A stretch of DNA of 64,000 bases from Yuukianura sp. NJ FZ-2021 (taxonomy: Eukaryota): positions 620,001 to 684,000 of the forward strand of contig CM102286.1 of assembly GCA_046563655.1 (NCBI GenBank). The letters are read 5' to 3'. Shown here piece after piece: positions 52,752 to 63,025 of this stretch. The notes under the pieces are model-generated. The model made no database searches and had not been told where the DNA came from. It saw nothing but the letters and a program-made list of their open reading frames with translations. The position numbers and the translations under genes are program-made. Each line of letters begins with the position of its first letter. Within the stretch, counting starts at the first letter, position 1.

Positions 52752-53119
52752 ATGCGTGTTGCCATCCTTGTTGCTCTTGCGCTCTGCATTTTTGCAGTTT
52801 CTGCCAATCCCGTGGCTCGCTTCGACAAACGTGATGAACTGGACGCCTTCAAGGGACGCCCAGGTAAGATTTGAAATTTGAAAAACTTTTAAAAAAAAAT
52901 CAAAATTTAAGAAGATGTTACATTTTGCTGTTAAATTTCAGAGGTCCGCAACGGACATGCTCCAGCCAAGGACTACATTGTCATCGAAGTCTTGAAACCA
53001 ATTGTTCAGTAAGTTTCGAATCTCAAAATTTTTCACATTTTGATTCTCTTTCAAAAACTGAATTTTTATCTTCCTTTTCTAGCTACTATGCTGCCGAAGC
53101 TCATGTTGTCACCGAATAA
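52752..53119 (+). CDS. Secreted propeptide family gene 6 (gene-2-type 5' half, short unique last exon)
   Basis: Exons 1-2 as in genes 2 and 4; last exon 53083-53119 gives (H)YYAAEAHVVTE and a stop. Confidence 0.85.
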
Positions 53120-53652
53120 ATAAATCCTCAATTCGAACGACGCTAATTCAACAATTTTCAAAATTTCCACTTTTTCTTCGTTTTCTGAATTATGAAAATA
53201 AAATTATTTGTCGTTTAATAAAAACACAAAAACTCACGTCTGAAAAGCAATATTGTCTAAAACTTATTTCATTAATGAATACTTAAAATAGCACAACATA
53301 CAAAAAAAGTTATGGTGTTGGAGGTCAAAGTCCAAAACAATCCCGGTGTATTTGAAAATTTAAATTTTTAATTAAGTAATTCTAATCTTACCGCAACAAA
53401 TTAAGTGAAATGGATTTTGATGGAATTAATGAGGATACTAATGTGAAAACTTGAAAGTTACACAACATTTTTTTTTAATTTTTTGAAAAAGTTGATGTTT
53501 GACCAAAAGTTGTAACATCAAGGTGAACCTACATAAAATTGCATTCACATAAATGCAAAGTGCTTGACAGATTTCTGCATCATTTAAGTGCCAGTTGCAC
53601 AACAAGTTGGACGCAAAACGTCTCCCGGGTAAAAACCGAATTTTAAGTCATC

Positions 53653-54133
53653 ATGCGTGTTTTTATTGCTTTGACGATTTGTGTCGTTGGCACAAACGCT
53701 CTGCCTGCCGTAAACTTCTTGAACAGAGATGAATTGGATGTGTTCAAAGGACGACCAGGTGAATATTGAAATAGTCTAATTAAGCTCATCATTGAAGTTA
53801 ATTGGAACCAGATTAAGTTAAAATAATCATCAACTGAAATTAAATCACTCATGAATTTTGTCACTTGTTAAAATTTTTCAGAGGTACAAAATGGGCATGC
53901 TCCTGCCAAGGACTTCATTGTGAGTGAAATTCTGAAACCAGTCGTCCAGTAAGCTCAATTTCAAAATTTCTGTGCAAAATAAATTTTTGCATTTAAGTTA
54001 ATTAGTTTTGTGTTTAATTCTCAGCTACTATGCGGCTGAAGCGCGTACTAATGTTGTGACACCCGCCTTAGCCGGCAGACAGAAAGTGCCTCATTTCGTG
54101 CCGGAACCGGCCCAAGTCGAACCAAAAACTTGA
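53653..54133 (+). CDS. Secreted propeptide family gene 7, divergent (exons 53653-53758, 53882-53948, 54025-54133; extends to 54188 if a 1-nt insertion is removed)
   Basis: MRVFIALTICVVGTNALPAVNFLNR-DELDVFKGRPEVQNGHAPAKDFIVSEILKPVVHYYAAEART..., with the same intron phases and many synonymous changes. Confidence 0.85.
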
Positions 54134-54773
54134 AGCCGAACCAGAACCTGAAGCCGAACATGCCGAAGCTGAAAAAGCAGAAGAGTAACTTCAACACACA
54201 AATTAAAATCTGAGTTTTTAATATTGTTCTTAGTTTCAAATCTTGAACATGTTTTCTTATTCAATTTTCATGTAAACTGAGCATCCCTAAAAACAACTTC
54301 CTTTGGTTTTAAAAATCTAAATTATAACAAAACCGTTCTCAAAATAATTCTAAACCATTAATTCCAAAGTTATGGTGAAGGTAAAAACTTAGCAACGTGC
54401 GACCCATTTGCAATCAACAATTAATTGGTTGAGGTTTAGATTAACGGGGTGAAAATGTCGGTTTGCAACTTGGAATAGTAATCATAATCAATAAATTTAC
54501 AGCCGCAACTTTTACTACTCCTCCAGTTGCGGTTTTGTCTGTTGAAGCCTTTGGCAAAAAAACTTCCGCAATTGATAACGTCAATTGCTAAATGTGATAC
54601 CACTACAGAAATTGTGCAACGTATTCCAAAAATTTACAATAAACGCCTTTTATATGTTCAACTTTTGAGTTTTCCCGCAAATAAACAGAAATATTTAGAA
54701 ATTTAACTGATTACCTCCTATTTTGGTTTGGAAGATGTTGAGATTTGAGTTGAAGTTGATGGTTGCGTTGAAT

Positions 54774-56382
54774 TCAAATTTCGAATGCCGGGAATTTGGG
54801 ATGCGGGTTACATGCGAAATCGGCCAGCATGTACACGGCTCCTGCTTGACCTTCGAAGAGCGACAGCGGACGGTCAGGGGGATACTCGCAGTGTTTTCCA
54901 TAGTCAAAACACCAACGGGCGAAGATGTTGGCTCTTTGCAAATAAGTTTCGTCCTTTGTGTGTTCGTAGAATGCTCTTAAAGCATAAGCATTTCCAGAAA
55001 CACCGTGACAGATACTGTAACCTTTCTTGAGCAGACCACGGCGCCAAATGTCTTCGGCACAAGCAGTGGCTCCTTCCTTGTACTTTCCATCTCCAAACAC
55101 CTTATAGATTAATTCAAATCAATCGTCAATGACAACGAAATTAAGTTAAAAGTAGTTTAAGTTACCTGGTGGGCGGCAATGAAAGTGTAGATGGCCCCTG
55201 GAGCTCCATGGCAGAAATGAATGAGTCGATCGTCGTTTGACTCCAGTGATGAAGGTAGATTGCCTGAAGAGAAGCACAGTGTCAGCAGCCAGTCAATTGT
55301 CTTCTGTACCCATGAAACGTCGTCCTCGTTCATCCATTGTTTGGCCTAATTTAAAACCAACTAATTACTTCAAACTCATGTTAAATTAATGAAAATTAAT
55401 CAACTTGTAAAAGAATGTAGGTGATCCCGGCAATTCCGTGGGCAGCACCCAGGTAGCATTTGCGGTGCCATTCGTAGTACAGGTAATCCTGTCCAGCAAG
55501 TTTTCCTTGATCAATCAACACACGAACAATCTGTAATAGTAGAACAAGATCAACTAATTAGGTTCTACGAACATATTCGACATATAGAGGTATCTCACTT
55601 TTGTAAGTAGTGATCCATCGATGATTCCAGGAATTTCTCTGTTGAGAAGAAGCAGGGAGTACAGGTATCCTGCCCTTCCATACAAATACTCGTTGGCCAT
55701 ATTTGGATCTCTTGTGTCCAGTGCAACATTGCCCAATTCCACGAGCCTGCAATAATTCCAGTTTTAAAGTTTATGAACATGAGGCCTACGCGATAGGTTA
55801 CGTCGATAACTTACCGTTGCAGTAAATCTTGACGTTGTTTGTGGTTGTCCATCTTATTGGAAATGAGAACTCCAATTGCCAACGTTCCAGCATCTCCGTC
55901 TAGAAAAGATATTCCCTTTTTATGCAAGTGCTTCAAGTTTCTTTGGAGGAGATCATTTGCTTTCTGAAAACATTTGAATTAATAATCAAAATGACACTTT
56001 TACGTAAAAACTTTTTCACTTAACCATAACAAACACTAAAATAAGATAATATTTTTCCATACTTTGAGAAAATTCGGTCCGAATTCCAGTGAGTGAAGTT
56101 GGTAGTACAGAAGGGCGATTCCCATAGAGCCGGTGTAAACGGAAGGATCCGATCGCTGATCTGAGCGTAGTTTAATCTCCAAATCCTCCAGCAGCGAAAT
56201 TGCATGGTCTTTGATTTCGTTTTTAAATGACTCATGGTTGTCAATCGTCTAAAATCCAGAGACAAGCATTAATTGACTTTAGTTATAACTAATACTAACC
56301 AAAAAATGCAAAACTCAATTCGCCAATGTTTACTTACAGATTGTTCTTGTCCAATATACGGATTTTTGTGGTACCGACTCAT
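54774..56382 (-). CDS. LanC-like protein (LANCL1/2 type), multi-exon
   Basis: Motifs VYTGSMG, EYLYGRAGYL, YLGAAHG, GNLPSS, HFCHGAPG, WRRGLLKKGYSICHG and PDRPLSLFEG, which include the Cys/His zinc ligands. Confidence 0.93.
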
Positions 56383-56686
56383 GATGACAGCAAGTATTTC
56401 AGTGTTGGCTTATCAAAAAGTGGCCAAGACTGAGTAATCGCACTAATCAAATGATCAATCAAAATTTTACAAACAAAACAGAATCAAAACAAATTGAGTT
56501 ATCAAAAATACCCTCACATAACACTAGCACCCTCTCCTCGGTAACCAGTGTTGGGCAAGTAACCAAAAATAGTAACTTCCTTACGAGAGTTATATTAAAA
56601 ATTCGTCTTAATAAAACATTGTTGATAATTTGATTACACACACTTTACTCAAAGTGGAAGCCGTTCGCTACAAAAAATAGCTTATA

Positions 56687-56901
56687 CAGTGAGCGCCAGC
56701 TAAAACCATACACCCGAAATTGTTTAATTTCGTAACTGTGGAGGGAAAACCAGTGAAATTACGCGATTTGCAAAAATTTCATCATAAGAGTTTAACCGAA
56801 GTTTCATATTTTGAGTTATCTTTCCCGCCATGTTTACCTAATTTTCAACTCGTTTCTACGGAAACAAAATAGGAGTGTATGGTTTTAGCTGGCGCTCACT
56901 G
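56687..56901. mobile_element. Tc1/mariner-type MITE, 215 bp
   Basis: Perfect 27-bp TIR CAGTGAGCGCCAGCTAAAACCATACAC with TA on both sides. Confidence 0.9.
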
Positions 56902-57025
56902 TATTACCTACGTAGAAATTTTCCAAGAAAGGAAATATCCGATGCCGAAGACGAAGTATTTCAGCACATGCTAAAATGGACGCAAGAAATGAGTGGTTTT
57001 GGTAATTAGAGAATACAATTGACCT

Positions 57026-57932
57026 TCAGTAGTCTTGACTTTGACTATGGGAAGTTGAAGATTGGGAGTAATCATCAATGTCCATTGCCGTGGGTGACCT
57101 GGATGAAGTGGAAGGCGTAGTATCCTGTGATTCATTTTGCGAATCAGTGGATTGTGAAGAAGCTGCTTGCGATTCTTCCAGCATCGTTTGAGAAGTTGCA
57201 TATGCGTTATTCAGATCCTGAAAACAAGCGAATAAAGAACATTGATTAGATTAGAAGATTCGATAGCGAATTGTGACAAATGAACAACATTCACCCTAGT
57301 TAGACGAAACATTTGATCCATTGCGTGTGGAAGGAAGGGGCGGACCGACGACATTTCCATCTGAGTCAAATTGTTTACTTTAGCATGACACCCACCGGAT
57401 TCGACGAACTCAGCAATTGACTTTTTGAACTTGGACGTTCGTATATCCCAAATGTCCTGTTCCAAAAAGATACAATTTAGTACATTGATGATTTGATATT
57501 CACAATCACAATCATTGAACTCACTTTGAGCAAAGTTCTCAGTTCATCGGTATTTGGTATCTCAGCGGAACAAATCTCAAGTAGAATCTTGCCTAAGACC
57601 ATGTAATGTTCAGATGGCATTGGAGTAAATCCAACCAGCTTCTCTTCATGTTCCTCATCATCGTCTTGTTCTGACCTCTTTTCTTTCTCCAGTTCGGCTT
57701 CCTTTACTCTTTGTAAAGTACCCACGTCCAACCAATCCGGAACGAGTATCTTGCACTTTGATCTCTGTCGAAGATTAATTGCTAACCAAACTGGAACTTG
57801 GATTGGCAGTCCGGAACGAAACGGTCCAACGGATCCACTGAGTAAAAACAATTCCGGTAAATTAAAATTCGGAACTATTCGGATCTTCTCATTCTCGGCG
57901 AGGAATTCCAGTTCACATGGAGTATTAGACAT
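57026..57932 (-). CDS. GINS2: GINS complex subunit Psf2 (exons 57932-57525, 57456-57295, 57217-57026)
   Basis: Motifs EFLAE...IVPNF, GPF..GLP..VPVWLAINLRQR.KC, DIWDIR.SK and HAK..NLT.ME...RPFL. Confidence 0.95.
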
Positions 57933-58580
57933 AGCTTCTTAGTCCCAATTTCTCCAGTAACTACCGATTCCCTTATACTAAACGTTGGACATACGTTGCT
58001 TCTCGAAGTAGCTGCGTTGCGAATGCGATGCAATATCTATACAAAATTTCAAAAAAAAATATATATTAGATTTGCATATTTCCAAGCTTGTTCATAAAAG
58101 AACTGTTATTAGAGCGTACCTGTTATTCAAAAAGTAAGGAATTGCTGTAGTCTTGTATCATGGGCGAGATTAAAATTTTAATTAATTAAATACAACAGCA
58201 AGAGCGACTTTACTTTTACAGATAAGGATGAAATTCGGAAAAAAAAAGTCTTTTGTCTTTTCCATGCAATTTCAATTTTGTTGTTGTCTCTTTGTTTATC
58301 ATTTTCAAAATCTTCCTTTCCGCGCAAAATTATTTCAGAAAATGTGAACCGGTTTTAATTTTTTCAATTTTTAAACAAGAATAGTACCTTTGAAATTATA
58401 AAAATGCTGGAATAAAATGTTTAGTTAAATGCTGGCTACAATGGAATGTTTGTACTGAAATACTGGAATGTGATAGGTACTTCTTAAAAGTTCAACTAAA
58501 CTGACGGTAAAGATAAAAATAGTATATACAAGTTATTTCGAAGTGAATGTTTAGATCACGTGTCAGTTTTAGTTAGTTAA

Positions 58581-61500
58581 TTACTTCTTCTTATGCGAAT
58601 ACTTATGTTTTCGAGTTGGTTTCTTACCGGAATCTGAACCTGAATCAGTATCCGACGAAAAGGAAACCGTTTTACCCGGGCTTTTACGTGGAGAAGTCTG
58701 AGGAGAGGGAGTAATGGCTGGAGGAAGTTTAAAATCCGGTGGTCGCTGTCATACCTGTGGCTCACCCATTTCCTTATCTCACTTCTTATATAAGAAGTGT
58801 GGAAGGTTTTTGAGAAAAAAGTTGCAAAACACCACAACGTACCCAAGCCCTGTTTTAATTGAGTTGACATTCTTTTAACATTAATTAATTATTATTACAT
58901 TATTAAATGTTTATATTAATAAATGCACAAAAAATTATAAAAGGAGTAAAATATATATTAAAAAAAAACTATTCCGTTGGAAATCGTTTGGAGCCTTTAC
59001 AGATAATTGAATAATTTCTTATGACAAAACAACACTGGCAAAACCTAATACACATCTTTTAAACGTTTTGCAATTTACAAAATACGATAGTTCTAATTTC
59101 TTATGTACATTATTTCCAATTCAGTTGTTAATACATTAAATGAATATGAAGTAAAGTGAAACTGGAATATACAGTTGTGGTATAGTTAGAGTATAAATGA
59201 AAATGGTGAGGCGACAGATCTTACAATTACAAATCTTACACTATCAGAGATGTAAAAAATATTTATATTTATTATTTTCTGTTTAGGTTTTAGGTTGAAT
59301 ATATTTTTCAGGTCTGTTTTTGTAAGAGTTGTAACTGTAAGATTTGTAACTGTAAGATTTGTGATTGTAAGATCTGTCGCCTCACCATTTTCATTTATAC
59401 TCAAACTATACCACAACTGTATATTCCAGTTTCACTTTACTTCATATTCATTTAATGTATTAACAACTGAATTGGAAATAATGTACATAAGAAATTAGAA
59501 CTATCGTATTTTGTAAATTGCAAAACGTTTAAAAGATGTGTATTAGGTTTTGCCAGTGTTGTTTTGTCATAAGAAATTATTCAATTATCTGTAAAGGCTC
59601 CAAACGATTTCCAACGGAATAGTTTTTTTTAATATATATTTTACTCCTTTTATAATTTTTTGTGCATTTATTAATATAAACATTTAATAATGTAATAATA
59701 ATTAATTAATGTTAAAAGAATGTCAACTCAATTAAAACATAGGGCTTGGGTACGTTGTGGTGTTTTGCAACTTTTTTCTCAAAAACCCTCCACACTTCTT
59801 ATATAAGAAGTGAGATAAGGAAATGGGTGAGCCACAGGTATGGTCGCTGTGTACTGGAAACTTTTAATTCCAGCATCAGAGAATGTCTTTGAACAACTTC
59901 TGGATACGTGGCAACAAAGTCCGAGTCGAAGGGATACTTGAACTCCCATCCTGTCATGGGTATGACAACAGCTACTCCAGACAGTATTTCTGTCACTTCT
60001 TCATTTGGGAGTTTCGTCAGGCAGCACATTTCTGGTCGCTCCACGATCCGCTTCTGATTCAAGTGACTTAGCTAACAAATCACAACAAATCAAAGTTTCT
60101 GAGAATGATAATCCAACGTTTTTAAGATTCTTACAATAACGTCTCTCCCTCGTCGCATTTCAATTGCCCCAATTCCATGAGCATTTGAAGTAAAACTGGC
60201 TGGATACAAAACGTCGCTCTTGACAACCCAGCACCCCTGGACGACCAGTGCTACTGTTTGAAGGGAATGCAAAAGTGAGTCGTCATCGATATCTCCACCA
60301 AGCCTTTGGTGCACAACTTCAACAAGATCTGAGTATCGAATTACTTGAGCTGATCGACAAAAAATATTGAATTTAGTGCTTTTCAAAGTAAAATGGTAGT
60401 AAGATTTGTATAGTGCACTGACTTGAGAACATTATGTTTCGAAGTTGCTCTTCGAGGGGAAGATCTTTCATCTCTGAGATTGGAACTTTCTGGACATTGG
60501 ACGACTTCGCTTGTGAATTAGTTGAGATTCCAGGCTTAACTTCAACTACTTTTGGGAAAAGTAGCTCCAAGTAGTCTTTGGCAGACAGGCAGTAGAATGG
60601 GGTTTCACTTTCAAATGAATTCTGAGAAAGTTTGGGCAGTAGATCCTGCTGAGAATGCTTAAGATTTATCCAGGGATACTCTTGATGCTGGTGACGCTGG
60701 AAGCTGTAACTTCGAACATACTTGGGCTTAGGCCCGTTCTCACGCAACTGATTAAACTTGACACTAATTTTTGTGGGTTCGGAGTCAGCTTCAGGTATCA
60801 TCTTTGAGTCATCTGCATCGACATCTGAAAATCATCCATGTACTTATCCAAAGACAACAAATAATTCTTGTATTCGCCCTAACCTTTGCCATCTTTCTCT
60901 CGAATGTCTGGATGTGGAACGATATCTCGCATTTCTACAATTGATTTGATACAACTGAGATGTAACTTTCCTCCTTGAACGATGCCTATGACGTATCGTG
61001 ATGATCTGGCAGAAAGTGGAATGCCACTTGTTGCCATCACTCGTTGATGTTCCAGTGGAGTCCTTTCGTCCTCATCGCTTCAAAAGTCAAAAATCAATCG
61101 ATATGAACTGGAACAATGTCAGTGAATAAGCGAATCTTACTTTTCATGCTCAGTCGCCCGTGATCTCTCCTTATTTTCATCGTAGCGAACTTTAGTATTC
61201 ATATCCAATGTGACCTGAATCCTGTCTTGACCCGGCTTCACCTTTATCTAAACAACAATAATATGCGAATAATTTATACTAGTAGACTAGATGGGTTTTA
61301 GTAATTGTTCAATACTTTATTACTTTGATTTGAGTGACGCAGTCACTTACTTACTTCTCTGACTTCCCAATCGTCAAGTGACACCTTTTGTGGCATCAAC
61401 GGATATTGGATCACATATAACTGATCGTTTAGTGCCTTAGATTGATAAACAGGAATCTAGACAATGTAGACAAATACAAAACCTATGAATTATGAAACCT

Positions 61501-61592
61501 GTAAAAATTGAAAAGGATTCTTCAATGCTTGATCGTGAATTGAATTAGCAATTACCTATTACCTCATGGACGAGTTCATCATTACGTTGCAT
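58581..61592 (-). CDS. POLR3E: RNA polymerase III subunit RPC5 (Sin-like); last exon interrupted by a foldback element (as assembled, stop at 59799)
   Basis: N-terminal DELVHE/IPVY.SK.L..QLYVIQYP and later VALVVQGCWVVKSD..YP, RGRD and GWEF...D..F...YPEVVQRH. A residual in-frame tail lies at 58581-58741. Confidence 0.85.
58750..59842. mobile_element. Foldback non-autonomous element (1093 bp) with TIRs of about 490 bp and 8-bp TSD, P-superfamily-like
   Basis: Arms 58750-59240 and 59351-59842 are near-perfect reverse complements. Termini are CATACC...GGTATG and the TSD GTCGCTGT lies at 58742-58749 and 59843-59850. Confidence 0.93.
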
Positions 61593-61907
61593 CGCGCCGT
61601 CACTTAATTCGTGATTTCTCGATTTATTAAGTATGAATAATTTATGTAAAACATAAAAGAAATAGATAAACAATTAACATAAACTTTTATAATGTATACT
61701 TACTTAGTATGTAAAAAAATGTAAACATTTCATTCATGAGATTAAAACTTTGACATAACAAAAGATTTTCGCGGGTTTATTTCTCTTATACGATAATAAA
61801 CACACCGTCGTCTACAAAATTTAATAACATTAGCAAGTATCTTTTTTTCATTTTCGGTTATTGTCTTAAAAATTTTCCACGGCTTTTGAAATTACCGCGA
61901 TTTAGGT

Positions 61908-62816
61908 TTAAGCACTTGGCTCAGTATCTGAGCAATCTGCGGAAGCCTTTTCAGTTGGCGGCCATGACTGGAGACAGTTGACACTAACTTCTGTCACTGC
62001 TGAGTAAAGCACCTCAGAAATTGTCGTTAAATATTGCGATATGTCCGAGTTCGGAAGGCGGTAAAGTAGAAACACACCGTAGCCATCTTCCATAGTTTTA
62101 GTAGCTAAGGGTAACGCCTCTTCTAACGTTGTCACCATGACATCCACTGCTCCCGGTCCAAGTTGTCTTTGCGTCAAATTAGGTACTTCAGGAACGATGA
62201 ATTTTCCATACTCTCCGTTCCAGCTATAGTCCAAGAAGTCTCCAGCATTTAAATCTTCATAAGTTAATCGAGTCATCACTGGCCCATAGTAGTACAGCGA
62301 TATAATTTTAGGTTCCGGAAGGAGTCGGCGCAGTTCCCGAACCAAGTAGACGAATGAAAACTCGTTGGCTGGTTTCGGCTTTCCGGTTTCGGTTTCTTCC
62401 GGACCATAACCTGCGTATTCGTCATCAAAATCGATTCCATCCAGACCGTAGTCGTCTACAGTCTGCGCCAGTTGACTAGCAAAGTCACGGATGGATTCAA
62501 TGGTCTGGAAGTTACAAATTCCTACGCCCTGATGATTACCGAGAATTGACAAAAGGACTTTGATGCCTTTGTCTTGTAAAGGTCGAATGTACGTCGCATG
62601 TCCGCGGAGGACTGTCGTCACTTGTGTATTGAAGTGCAGAACAGCTCGGTCGTTGACCTGGTCATAGTTGATATTGGCGGCAAAAATGATTGCAATGTCA
62701 ATCAGCTGTTTGGCAACTGGAGTCTGGAGTGTGTAGCAACCAACGTTCAAAAAGTTAGTGTCATTGACCTCCACATACATCACGGTCAACGGACACTTTT
62801 TGACTATCGGCGCCAT
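61908..62816 (-). CDS. GH18 endo-beta-N-acetylglucosaminidase, Endo H-like (302 aa, single coding exon)
   Basis: YVEVN, IFAANINYD, IRPLQDKGIKVLLSILGNHQG and catalytic YGLDGIDFDDEY match the bacterial Endo H family as I recall it. Confidence 0.92.
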   Translation of the reverse strand: MAPIVKKCPLTVMYVEVNDTNFLNVGCYTLQTPVAKQLIDIAIIFAANINYDQVNDRAVLHFNTQVTTVLRGHATYIRPLQDKGIKVLLSILGNHQGVGICNFQTIESIRDFASQLAQTVDDYGLDGIDFDDEYAGYGPEETETGKPKPANEFSFVYLVRELRRLLPEPKIISLYYYGPVMTRLTYEDLNAGDFLDYSWNGEYGKFIVPEVPNLTQRQLGPGAVDVMVTTLEEALPLATKTMEDGYGVFLLYRLPNSDISQYLTTISEVLYSAVTEVSVNCLQSWPPTEKASADCSDTEPSA

Positions 62817-63025
62817 TTTGTTATCAACCTTTCTGGAGATGATGAAATATGCCCGGTTTTTCGAATTTACCTTCAAGAATTTTAGAAAACTTTATCAAAA
62901 TTGCCTTTTTTTTTTGTTGACTTTTTCCAACATAACTTTCCCGCATTTCCAGAATTTGATTTCAACCTTAAGAAATTCGCTCAGACTTTGAGTTTTTCAC
63001 AGATTTTTATTTCAAAATTTGAAAT

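Larger units (their letters stand above)
47718..53010. repeat. Near-identical tandem duplication, 2120-bp unit, about 2.5 copies
   Basis: The same sequence recurs at offsets of 2120 nt (start codons 48513 and 50633; 49639 and 51759; 2119 nt to 52752 after a 1-bp deletion), with only scattered SNPs. Confidence 0.95.

Noticed and set aside
47718..53010. CRISPR-like or satellite interpretation of the repeats
   Set aside because: The units are 2.1-kb gene-containing duplications with no short repeat-spacer pattern, and the context is eukaryotic.
47564..54188. Peptides as classical lanthipeptide precursors
   Set aside because: The only Cys is in the signal peptide, and no LanB/LanM-type dehydratase is in the window.
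58577..59498. ORFs within and across the foldback element
   Set aside because: Low-complexity products of the TIR arms with no transposase motifs.
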